Below are positions 55,354 through 64,000 of a DNA stretch of 64,000 bases, piece after piece. This DNA is from an uncultured Verrucomicrobiae bacterium (GTDB taxonomy: Bacteria > Verrucomicrobiota > Verrucomicrobiia > Limisphaerales > JAFGQR01). The notes under the pieces were generated by a model. It saw nothing but the letters and a program-made list of their open reading frames with translations. It was not told the origin of the DNA and did not search any database. Made by a program: the position numbers and the translations under genes. The stretch covers positions 1 through 64,000 of the forward strand of contig CAWBHS010000101.1 of assembly GCA_963788655.1 (NCBI GenBank), given 5' to 3'. Position 1 is the first letter of the stretch. Each line of letters begins with the position of its first letter.

Positions 55354-58113
55354 GTGCAGGCGCGGCCGTCCAACGAACCGATCCGGGTCCTCCTGATCGA
55401 AGACGACGAGGACGATTATTTCCTCACCAAAGGGCTCTTGACCGAAAGCCAGGGGCCGCGCTACGCGGTCGAATGGCAGAAGAACTTCGAGTCCGGGCTG
55501 GCGGCCGCCATCCGCAACCAACATGACGTGTGTCTGGTGGACTACCGGTTGGGTGCGAAAAATGGCATTGACCTGCTCCGCACCGCCCTCGAGGCCGGCT
55601 GCCAACTACCGCTCATCCTGCTGACCGGCCAGGGGGAACACGAGATTGACCTCCAGGCCATGAAGGCGGGCGCGGATGATTATCTCGTCAAAGGCCGGCT
55701 CGACGCCGGCATGCTCGAACGCTCCATCCGTTACGCCATCGAACGCAAACGCGCGGCGGCGCAGGCGGCGGCCGACCAGGCGCGGTTGGCGGCGTTCGGC
55801 GCGGACATCGGTTTGGCGTTGACCCGGCGCGATTCCTTGGACTCCATTCTGGGCCGCTGTTCCGCGGCCATGGTCCACTATCTCAACGCGGCCCTGGCCC
55901 AAGTGTGGGTGTATGATACGGACGCGGGGACGCTCAAACTCGAAGCCACCACCGGGGTCATCAGCAGCCTGATTCAACCCGAGGGCTATCAGTGCCGCGT
56001 TACGTTGGATTTGCCGGAACTGGCGCAGGGCACACCGTTGCTCATTCCGCACCTGCAATCCGATGCCCGCTTGCTCGAACCCGAATGGGCCCAGCATGAG
56101 CGGTTGGCCAGCTTTGCCGCCTATCCGTTGCGCCTGGAAGACCGGCTGGTGGGATTGATGACCTTGTATTCCCGCGAACCGCTCCCCGCCGCCATCCTTC
56201 AGGAAATGGCTTCGGTGGCCAACGGCATTGCCCTCTACATCGAGCGCAAACGTTCGGAAGAAGCCCTCGGCGCCAGTGAGGTCAAATACCGTTCGGTGGT
56301 CGAGAATGTCAAAGAGGTGATCTTCCAACTCGACGAACAAGGCTGCTGGACCTTTCTCAATCCGGCCTGGACCGAAATCACCGGCTTCAAAATTTCGGAA
56401 ACCCTGGGCACCAACTTCGCCGATTACGTGCATCCGGAAGATCTCCAAAACCACCGCGAAGTCATGCAGGAGGTGTTTGGCCGGACGAAGAGTTTCTGCC
56501 GGGACGAAGTGCGCTACCTGGCCAAGGATGGAACGTTCCGTTGGATGGAGGTCTATGCCCAGCCGATCCTGGATAACCGGGACAGCCAGTTCGGTACGTC
56601 CGGAACGCTGAGCGACATCACCGAGCGTAAACGGGCCGAAGCCGAAATTCGCAAACTGGCAGCCTTTGCCCAGTTCAATCCCGATCCGGTCATGGAACTG
56701 GCCGCCGATGGTACGCTCACCTATTTCAATCAGGCCGCCAAGGAGACGGCCCACACGCTCAAAATCCAGGAGCCGGAAGCCATCCTGCCACCCGGCGCTT
56801 CAGCCATCGCGCAGCAATGTCTGCGCACCGGCCAAAGCAAATTGCGCCACGAGGTCACCTTCAACGGCCGCACCTTGACATGGTCGTTCTTCCCCATCAT
56901 CGCCAGCCAGGTGGTCCACTGCTACGGCGTGGACATCACCGAGCGCATCACGCTGGAAGCGCAGTTGCGGCACGCGCAAAAACTGGAATCCATCGGCCAG
57001 TTGGCGGCCGGCGTGGCCCATGATTTCAACAACATTCTCACGATCATCCAGGGACACTCCGACCGGTTGCTGGCCCGTTGCGAAGCCGATCCGGTGCTGG
57101 GCGATCCGTTGCAGCAGATTTCCGCCGCGGCCAAACGGGCGTCCGCCCTGACGCGGCAATTGCTCGTGTTCAGCCGCCGTCAGGTCATGCAGCCGCGGGT
57201 GTTGGAATTGAATGCCGTGTTGGGCAACCTCACCAAAATGCTCCATCGCCTGCTGGGTGACGACGTTTCGCTCGACGCGGCCTATACCCCGGACCTGCCG
57301 CCCATCGAGGGTGACGCCGGTATGATCGAACAGGTGATCATGAACCTGGTGGTCAACTCGCGCGATGCGATGCCCAAGGGCGGCCACCTGACAATCGCCA
57401 CGTCCGCCGTCGATATTGACGCTGCCTATGTGGAGCAACATCCCGAGGCGCAATCCGGCCGGCATATCTGTTTGAGCGTGAGCGATACGGGTTCCGGCAT
57501 GAACAGCGAAACGTTGAACCGCATTTTTGAACCGTTCTTCACGACCAAAGAAGTGGGTAAAGGCACCGGCCTGGGCTTGGCCACCGTGTACGGCATCGTC
57601 AAGCAACACCAGGGCTGGGTCGAAGTCATGAGCGAAGTCAACGTCGGCACCACTTTCAAGATTTATATTCCGGCGACGGACAAACCGGTGGACACCACCC
57701 AGGATCAAAACGTCGAACCGTCCGCCCTCCGCGGCGGTCAGGAAACCATTCTCCTGGTCGAAGACGAGCCGGTGCTGCGCGAGTTGGCCCGGGTCATTCT
57801 CAGTGATTTCGACTACCGGGTCATTGAAGCTTCCACCGGCCATGAGGCCTTGAAGGTGTGGGAGCAAAATGATGGCAAAGTGGATTTGCTTTTGACCGAC
57901 ATGGTGATGCCCGAAGGTATGACCGGTCGGGAATTGGCCGAGGAACTCAAAGCGCGCAAACCGGAACTCAAGGTCATTTTCACCAGCGGCTACAGCGCCG
58001 AAGTCATGGGTCGCGACATGGCCCTGTGCGATTGCACGTTCCTGCAAAAACCCTACCCACCCCCCTTGCTCACCCAGACGGTCCGCAACTGCCTGGACCA
58101 CTCCCGGAACTGA
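55354..58113 (+). CDS. Hybrid histidine kinase REC-GAF-PAS-PAS-HisKA-HATPase-REC
   Basis: LVDY.L, GVAHDFNN, N.RDAM, EPFFTTK..GKGTGLGL, TD.VMP. Confidence 0.93.
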   Translation: MQARPSNEPIRVLLIEDDEDDYFLTKGLLTESQGPRYAVEWQKNFESGLAAAIRNQHDVCLVDYRLGAKNGIDLLRTALEAGCQLPLILLTGQGEHEIDLQAMKAGADDYLVKGRLDAGMLERSIRYAIERKRAAAQAAADQARLAAFGADIGLALTRRDSLDSILGRCSAAMVHYLNAALAQVWVYDTDAGTLKLEATTGVISSLIQPEGYQCRVTLDLPELAQGTPLLIPHLQSDARLLEPEWAQHERLASFAAYPLRLEDRLVGLMTLYSREPLPAAILQEMASVANGIALYIERKRSEEALGASEVKYRSVVENVKEVIFQLDEQGCWTFLNPAWTEITGFKISETLGTNFADYVHPEDLQNHREVMQEVFGRTKSFCRDEVRYLAKDGTFRWMEVYAQPILDNRDSQFGTSGTLSDITERKRAEAEIRKLAAFAQFNPDPVMELAADGTLTYFNQAAKETAHTLKIQEPEAILPPGASAIAQQCLRTGQSKLRHEVTFNGRTLTWSFFPIIASQVVHCYGVDITERITLEAQLRHAQKLESIGQLAAGVAHDFNNILTIIQGHSDRLLARCEADPVLGDPLQQISAAAKRASALTRQLLVFSRRQVMQPRVLELNAVLGNLTKMLHRLLGDDVSLDAAYTPDLPPIEGDAGMIEQVIMNLVVNSRDAMPKGGHLTIATSAVDIDAAYVEQHPEAQSGRHICLSVSDTGSGMNSETLNRIFEPFFTTKEVGKGTGLGLATVYGIVKQHQGWVEVMSEVNVGTTFKIYIPATDKPVDTTQDQNVEPSALRGGQETILLVEDEPVLRELARVILSDFDYRVIEASTGHEALKVWEQNDGKVDLLLTDMVMPEGMTGRELAEELKARKPELKVIFTSGYSAEVMGRDMALCDCTFLQKPYPPPLLTQTVRNCLDHSRN

Positions 58114-58180
58114 CGCGCGCGGTTACCAGCGGGAAAGCCCTCCGTCCGCGGCTGAATCAACCGCCGATCCAAGTTACTCT

Positions 58181-58244
58181 TTCTTGCTCTTGCTCTTACT
58201 CCTGCTCTTGAGGATTGAGTAAGAGCACGAGCACGAGCAAGAAG
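58181..58244. repeat. Inverted hexamer repeat (CTCTTG/CACGAG), possible bidirectional terminator
   Basis: ttcttgctcttgctcttactc ... gagtaagagcacgagcacgagcaagaa between convergent genes. Confidence 0.65.
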
Positions 58245-58270
58245 TTGATCTGTGATCGGTTATGATCAGC

Positions 58271-59248
58271 TCAAGGACGTGGCGGCGGCTTCAACGTCGG
58301 TTCGCCCTTCAACCAACCGAGCGAACCAAGGAACTTGTCCGTTTCAATAAGCGTCAGCGTGAACCAAGCGCCCGAGCTCGTATCGCGATTGAAGAAACCG
58401 TGACCGGCGCCGTGATAAACGTGGGTATCGCAACGCACGCCGGCTTGTTTTATACGGGCCTCGAAATCGCGAAGCACGGACACCGGAATGAGCTTGTCCC
58501 GGTCACCGAGGAAGACCACCGTCGGCGGCGCGTCTGGCGTGATATTGTGGGCGGGCGAAAACTCTCGGTAGCGGTCGCCAACCCGCCCGTAGCCCCACTG
58601 GCCAGGGCCGTTGTTGAAGACCGGATTGAATAGCACCAGGGCATTGGGTTTGCAGGACACCGTCAGGTCATCCTGGGGATCGTCCAAGCCCGGCACCAGC
58701 GCCGTGAAAGCCGCGAGGTGTCCGCCCGCCGAACCACCCGCCGTCGCGATGCGTTGCGGGTCGATGCCCAACTCTGCCGCGTGCGCGCGCACATAGCGCA
58801 GCGCCGACTTCGCATCCGCGCAGCACATCGTCGGCGGCCCGGGATTTCCCTTCGGTATCGTGCGGTATTCCACGCGAATGCCGACCATGCCGCGGGTCGC
58901 CAGATACTGGCTTTGCTTGAGGAATTGGCCCGAACTTCCGCCCACCCAGGCGCCCCCGAAATAGAACACCATGGCTGGCCACCGGTCAGCGGATTTCCAG
59001 TTGGGCGGCTTGTCGATGAAGAGCTTCAGCGAACGACCGTCGATGCGCTTGTAGATCACCGTTTCAGTTGCGCCCATATCGATGGCGGTATTTGGCGCAA
59101 TGACTGCCGATTGGCGTTCCGCACTCGAGCTGACAGCAACCTCAGCCGTCAGCGCGGATGGCGGCACAAATACAGCGGGTAAGGCCAACACGTTAAACAG
59201 CCGAAGATACTCAAACAAAAGGCGACGGAACTTATTCATGACTTTCAC
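58271..59248 (-). CDS. Secreted alpha/beta hydrolase (esterase)
   Basis: FGGAW oxyanion motif, GGSAGG nucleophile, D and GHGF catalytic positions. Confidence 0.9.
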   Translation of the reverse strand: MKVMNKFRRLLFEYLRLFNVLALPAVFVPPSALTAEVAVSSSAERQSAVIAPNTAIDMGATETVIYKRIDGRSLKLFIDKPPNWKSADRWPAMVFYFGGAWVGGSSGQFLKQSQYLATRGMVGIRVEYRTIPKGNPGPPTMCCADAKSALRYVRAHAAELGIDPQRIATAGGSAGGHLAAFTALVPGLDDPQDDLTVSCKPNALVLFNPVFNNGPGQWGYGRVGDRYREFSPAHNITPDAPPTVVFLGDRDKLIPVSVLRDFEARIKQAGVRCDTHVYHGAGHGFFNRDTSSGAWFTLTLIETDKFLGSLGWLKGEPTLKPPPRP

Positions 59249-60915
59249 GGTTTTGATCGTCCGTTGAATTCGGCCAGCATCAACGCCAGTTGATCCAACT
59301 CGGCCTGTTTCGAGGGAGCGCCGGGGGGAGATTGGTAGTGGTTGAGGAGGAGCGAAAAAACCAACCGTTCACCGGTAGCGGACGTCACATAGCCGGACAA
59401 GGCGCTGACGTGGTGCAAGGCGCCGGGTTTGGCGTGAATCCGACTGGCGGCAGGGATGCCGGTCATTCGTTTGCGCATGGTGCCTTCTTCCCCGGCGACC
59501 GGCAACGCACGGAAGAATTCTTCGGCCAAACGATGCCGCGCCATGTAAGTCAACAAGGCCACGGTGGCCTGTGCCGTCACTGCCGAGCCGTGGGATAGAC
59601 CCGCCCCTTCTTCCAACTGAACCTCCTCGGTGGGAATGTCGGCGCGGCTCAGGAATTGGTGCAACGCGGCCAATCCAGCTTCTTCCGTGGTCCGAAAGGA
59701 GGAGGCCGCCGGGCTCTGGGCGCCTACTTGGAGCAGCAGCAATTGCGCATACAAGTTCTGCGAGTCTTTCAGCATCTTGGCCACGAGTTCCCCCATGGGA
59801 CGCGAATCGGCATGCCCCAGTTCCACCAATTTCTCATAATCGATGGGCTTGGAGGGACGATCCTGCCAACCGGCAATCCGTGTTGGGCCGTCCACCGGAA
59901 TCCCTCCCTGTTCCAACCCTGCTTCCAACCGCGCCAGGAACCACAGGGCGGGCCGAGTCACCGTGACGGCTTCCGGATAGCTGGCTTCGCCCAGCGGCAG
60001 TTGGCCGGTCACCATCACGGTGTTTTCACCGATGGGCCGATACAGGTGGATGGATCGCTCGCGGTTACGAGCACCGGTCCGGGTTCGATTGATGAACTTG
60101 AGAATCGCGGTTTCCGGTTTGGTGGTGATCTGGCACCGCGCGCCGGGTCGTGTCCCCGCGGCCAGCAACAGGTCCACCGTATTGTCATCCACGGTGAGCG
60201 CGGATACTTCAGCCCCGTAATAATACTGCAAATCTTCCCAGCTCCAACCGGTGCCCAAGGGCGGCCCGTGAAAATAACTTTCGTCGCCGATCAATCCGCC
60301 TTGGATGTGTTTGATGCCCGCTGCCGCAATGGTTTCGACAAGTGGTTGCAAGGACTTGGTGTAATCGCCATCGTTAAACCGCGCGGCGAAGGAAGGATCA
60401 CCCCGGCCATAAATGATCAGGTCGCCCGCCAGGACGCCATTGGTATCCGGTTGCTTCGATCCAAAGAACGATGTGCGGATGCGGTAGTCCTGGCCGAACC
60501 GGGCCAGCGCCAGCGCGCCCGTGTACAGCTTGGCGTTGGAGGCCGGCTTGAGCAGCTTGCCGGGATTGTGCGCAAAGAGCAGCTCACCAGTATCGAGCGA
60601 CATGATCTTGACGCCCCACGTCGCCGCCGCGAAACGGCTTTGAGCCAGGTGGTCGGCGATGGCGGTGCGCAGTTCGGCTACGGTGGTCGCGGGCGTGGCA
60701 GCGCCGGCGGGCCGCACGCAAGCAAGACCGAGCAAACCAAGCAACATCCAGGCAGCGACCACGGGGATCGGCGGAAACGGATTGACCCGTTGGGCAGAGG
60801 GCAACTCTGCGCTACGGACTTGTGGCCGTTCCCCAACGGTTCCAATGCAGTCGCTATTCGTAAATTGACAGGCAGCCATGTTTGGCGAGCTAAGCACGAT
60901 CAACGGCCACGTCAA
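59245..60915 (-). CDS. dacB: D-Ala-D-Ala carboxypeptidase/endopeptidase, S13/PBP4 family (start probably later than 60915)
   Basis: PASNAK, GRGDP, SQN, K(P)G...VSALSGY. Confidence 0.9.
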   Translation of the reverse strand: MTWPLIVLSSPNMAACQFTNSDCIGTVGERPQVRSAELPSAQRVNPFPPIPVVAAWMLLGLLGLACVRPAGAATPATTVAELRTAIADHLAQSRFAAATWGVKIMSLDTGELLFAHNPGKLLKPASNAKLYTGALALARFGQDYRIRTSFFGSKQPDTNGVLAGDLIIYGRGDPSFAARFNDGDYTKSLQPLVETIAAAGIKHIQGGLIGDESYFHGPPLGTGWSWEDLQYYYGAEVSALTVDDNTVDLLLAAGTRPGARCQITTKPETAILKFINRTRTGARNRERSIHLYRPIGENTVMVTGQLPLGEASYPEAVTVTRPALWFLARLEAGLEQGGIPVDGPTRIAGWQDRPSKPIDYEKLVELGHADSRPMGELVAKMLKDSQNLYAQLLLLQVGAQSPAASSFRTTEEAGLAALHQFLSRADIPTEEVQLEEGAGLSHGSAVTAQATVALLTYMARHRLAEEFFRALPVAGEEGTMRKRMTGIPAASRIHAKPGALHHVSALSGYVTSATGERLVFSLLLNHYQSPPGAPSKQAELDQLALMLAEFNGRSKP

Positions 60916-61137
60916 GGGAACTCATTCTCACGCATTGCGCGCGAAAATAACTCGCCGAAGAACATTCTGCGTTCAAACAACCGATCAATCTCATCTGAAC
61001 TCGTTGGAAGCCAGCGCCCGGTTAAGCGCGGCACGACGCATGCATCAAGCAGGTTGGTTGGTCGGATAAAGAGCCTCGAGCAACGGAGGTTGCCGAGGCG
61101 GCGGATGGCGAAACCAAAATCATGCCGGAGGAATGTT

Positions 61138-61860
61138 ATGAAAACTGCAAAGACTCTTCTGCAATTACTCAAAATCCACCCTGGCCGGAACGCCTTTACC
61201 CTGATCGAATTGTTGGTGGTCATTGCGATCATCGCGATCCTGGCCGGATTATTATTGCCGGCGTTGGCCCGAGCCAAAGCCGTGGCCTTGCAAGTCCAAT
61301 GTCTCAACAACTTGCGGCAGACAGGCTATGCCCTGATCATCTGGAGCGATGACCACAGCGACCGTTTCCCCTGGCAAGCCGCGGCCACGGCGGGCGGCAC
61401 CCAGGGCGCCACCAGCGCTGCCGAACATTTTCGGGGATTGGCCGGGGAATTGGTGACCCCAAAGATTCTTCGCTGCCCGGCGGATGGCGACGTTTCCCCG
61501 GCCACCCGTTTCGATGCCAGCGGCTTTTCCAGCCGCAACGTGTCGTACCTGATCAGTTTGGATGCGAGCCGATCGCTGCCGATGGGGATGCTGAGCGCGG
61601 ACCGTTTTTTGGAGGTGGGCGGAACCAGCAAACCGGAGGAAATGCCCAAGGACTATTGTACCACCGCCCAAGCCGACGGCGTGATCCTGGCCCAGTTGGC
61701 CAGTTCGAACTATGGTTGGCTCAACGATCTGCATCCGAAAGGTGCCAATCTGTTGCTGGCCGATGGCAGCACGCACAAAGCGTCCACGGCCGACTTACAA
61801 CACGCCAATGAGGGATCGCTGCATGGCGCAGGAACGACCAATCACGTTCAGTTTCCCTAA
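61138..61860 (+). CDS. Prepilin-type N-terminal cleavage/methylation protein with H-X9-DG motif
   Basis: [34 protein letters not shown]. Confidence 0.92.
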   Translation: MKTAKTLLQLLKIHPGRNAFTLIELLVVIAIIAILAGLLLPALARAKAVALQVQCLNNLRQTGYALIIWSDDHSDRFPWQAAATAGGTQGATSAAEHFRGLAGELVTPKILRCPADGDVSPATRFDASGFSSRNVSYLISLDASRSLPMGMLSADRFLEVGGTSKPEEMPKDYCTTAQADGVILAQLASSNYGWLNDLHPKGANLLLADGSTHKASTADLQHANEGSLHGAGTTNHVQFP

Positions 61861-61969
61861 AGATCGGCCATCAGGAACGCAGTAAGACAAATTGTTGAGA
61901 AAAAGATTTAACGACATTAGGGTATGGGGTGTCGAATTAGATAGGATTCGATGAAGTGGAAGGATCTGT

Positions 61970-62530
61970 ATGAAGGCATCGGCAACAGCAAAACGCGGTC
62001 GAGACATCACGGAGAAGTTTTACGTCCTGGTGGCCTACGAGGACATGTTCACCCATAACCGCGTGCGCGAGGTGTGTGACCGTTTGCTGGATCAATTCTG
62101 GGGCGAAGTGGAGTTCGACTTCAACTGGTGGAGCTTCAAAAATCTGCAGCCGGAGCATTCCCGTGAGTTGGCGATCGCGGCCGCACTCGAGGCCAACTTG
62201 ATCATCATCTCGGCCCACGCCGGACCGGCCTTGCCCGAGCACGTGCAACGATGGACTGAGGCATGGGTGACAGCACGCCCAAGCGACGAAGGGGCCTTGG
62301 CCGGCCTGATCGGATTGCCCAACGAACATGGCGCCGTGCCCATCGTCACTTACCTGCAACACGCGGCGGAGCGCGCGCAAATGGATTTCCTGCCCAATGC
62401 TACCGCCGCGACGGCCCAGCGACCCGCATCAGAGAATGCGGTCTGGGGACCAAAGCAATTCGTGACGGAAGACCTCAAGCGGATGCTTGATCCCCGCCGC
62501 CCACCACCGCATTGGGGGATCAACGAGTAG
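61970..62530 (+). CDS. Hypothetical protein
   Basis: 186-aa ORF with globular alpha/beta pattern and host-like codon usage. Confidence 0.7.
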   Translation: MKASATAKRGRDITEKFYVLVAYEDMFTHNRVREVCDRLLDQFWGEVEFDFNWWSFKNLQPEHSRELAIAAALEANLIIISAHAGPALPEHVQRWTEAWVTARPSDEGALAGLIGLPNEHGAVPIVTYLQHAAERAQMDFLPNATAATAQRPASENAVWGPKQFVTEDLKRMLDPRRPPPHWGINE

Positions 62531-63929
62531 GCGGTTGCCGGAGGCCGTCCGGGGTCACGCGCGCTTGCGTGGACAAGCGATATTCATGACCGTCGGCGGC
62601 CTTCATTACCACTTGAACCAAGTAAGCGCGATAGCCGCGGGCGGGCGTCGCCAAGGGAAACTCGTATTGTGAGGCGCTCGCTTTGACGTTGCGCTGCACG
62701 GACCACTGCTCGTCCCGAAAATCCCGGTCGGCCGACGACGCGCTCCACAACTGAGCGCTTTGAGATGGAGGATTAATTTCAACAGCGACTTCCAACGGGG
62801 AATTGGTTCCAAACTGCCACGTGAACTTGGGCAGGGACTGGTGGTCGGCAATCATTCGCACGAACGCTGCCAACGTTTGAGTTGCCTCGGCGCCGCCGTT
62901 CAAGCCATGGCCGGCATTGGGGGTCTGGTAAATCAATTTGGGCTCCGGCAAGTCATCCCAATAGAACCGCAACGAATCCACGGTCCAGTAAGGATCGTTC
63001 GTGCCCAGCAGAATCAATTTGGGCATTCGATACCGCTGCCGGTAACTGTAAGGATCGACCCACTCGCGCAGCTTGGCCATGGCTGGATCGTCCATGCGCG
63101 CGATCAGGCCCAAATCGGTGTAGTCGTGAATCTTCTCGCTTTGCCGGCCGTACACCTGGTCGGCCCAACGGACCTGCGCCTGCATGTTCAGCATATCAAT
63201 CACCATCGGCGCAATGCCCGTGACCCGCGGATCGACGGCGCCGGTCAACCACGTGGTCCAACCGCGCTTGGACGCTCCCGAAAGCACGAAGCGCGTCAGG
63301 CCTGGCTGCTTTTCATTTTTCACCAAATCGGTCACTGCGTCCATGGCTTTGACGGCGCTTTTGACCATGGGAAACAACAAGGGCCAGGTCGGATCGCCAG
63401 TCTTCAAATATCGGTCAAACGTATAAGCGATCAAAGCGTCTTCGCTGCGGCCACCATATAACGGTTGGTTGGGTACCCACGTTACCACGGCGGCCACCGC
63501 GCCGGCGCGGGCGGCCACGGTCTTGAGCAGTCCGAGCGACTTGGCGCCATCGCCATTGCCGGTGATGAATATAAAGGCCAGGTCCGGATTGCGAATGCGG
63601 TCGGGCTGCACGACCTGAAGGTCGTGTTGCCAGAGGTGCCCGCGCCATTCTTGAGAGGTCATTTTGAGATGCGCGATCGTAAAACCGTCCGCCTGTCGGC
63701 GAGCGAGTTCCTTCCACCCGTAGTGGGAATCGGGCGCGTTGACATAATCCTCGAGCGCGCCGGCGCGGGAATCAGCCGCAACAAGCAGGTTGACGAGTGC
63801 GATCCCGACAACGAGCGAGCCAATTGACCACCAGCCATGAATCCGCCGGGCCAAAACCGATTGTGATGCTTCCACGCCCAAATACCAAAGCACCGCCGGC
63901 TCCGCGTCAAGGGGTTTTCGGAGAACCAC
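62520..63929 (-). CDS. PhoPQ-activated pathogenicity-related (PqaA) family protein
   Basis: L.SQ.W....W.H, PNQP, ED..IA, PM.K...AMD, G.SKRGWTTW, DP..Y, PN..H. Confidence 0.88.
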   Translation of the reverse strand: MVLRKPLDAEPAVLWYLGVEASQSVLARRIHGWWSIGSLVVGIALVNLLVAADSRAGALEDYVNAPDSHYGWKELARRQADGFTIAHLKMTSQEWRGHLWQHDLQVVQPDRIRNPDLAFIFITGNGDGAKSLGLLKTVAARAGAVAAVVTWVPNQPLYGGRSEDALIAYTFDRYLKTGDPTWPLLFPMVKSAVKAMDAVTDLVKNEKQPGLTRFVLSGASKRGWTTWLTGAVDPRVTGIAPMVIDMLNMQAQVRWADQVYGRQSEKIHDYTDLGLIARMDDPAMAKLREWVDPYSYRQRYRMPKLILLGTNDPYWTVDSLRFYWDDLPEPKLIYQTPNAGHGLNGGAEATQTLAAFVRMIADHQSLPKFTWQFGTNSPLEVAVEINPPSQSAQLWSASSADRDFRDEQWSVQRNVKASASQYEFPLATPARGYRAYLVQVVMKAADGHEYRLSTQARVTPDGLRQPPTR

Positions 63930-64000
63930 TGGCCAGAGGATGCGTCAGCGAGCCAATGGACCATCAATGAAAGTGAATAACCAATGACCAAGGTCCAATG

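Noticed and set aside
55606..58101. Long minus-strand ORFs over the hybrid kinase (and similar antisense ORFs elsewhere)
   Set aside because: Antisense shadows typical of high-GC coding DNA, with no recognisable motifs
59656..61137. N-terminal 494 aa of the 734-aa + strand ORF
   Set aside because: Mostly the antisense shadow of dacB; only the part from ATG 61138 has prepilin features

Overview
High-GC bacterial chromosome segment, most likely Verrucomicrobiota (Pedosphaera/Limisphaera-like). This is inferred from the H-X9-DG prepilin protein, a VPE-type CTERM protein, LpxI, futalosine-pathway MqnC and the repeat families. The window is mostly core and metabolic genes: larE, gspF/pilC, trpC, prfB with its programmed +1 frameshift, glnB-glnA, dnaA with a candidate oriC, moaA, kamA, nth, mqnC, lpxI, dacB, CAZymes, a sulfatase and a three-gene two-component cluster. 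Many genes, including essential ones, are split by small indels, most simply read as long-read consensus errors. Accessory features are: (1) the end of an IS66 that appears to interrupt a HAD-hydrolase gene; (2) a surface locus at 28.3-36.6 kb, with a PrsT-like TPR lipoprotein, a PEP-CTERM-like protein and a large unanchored multidomain protein sharing its N-terminal domain; (3) a controller-protein/AccI-family restriction-modification cassette at 39.0-41.8 kb, with an identical 14-bp box upstream of both the CR and M units, inserted next to a decayed type I hsdR fragment between two paralogous enolase-superfamily genes; (4) several REP-like palindrome families and heptamer/hexamer repeats. 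No rRNA, tRNA or CRISPR array was recognised. All family assignments come from motif recognition, not database searches.
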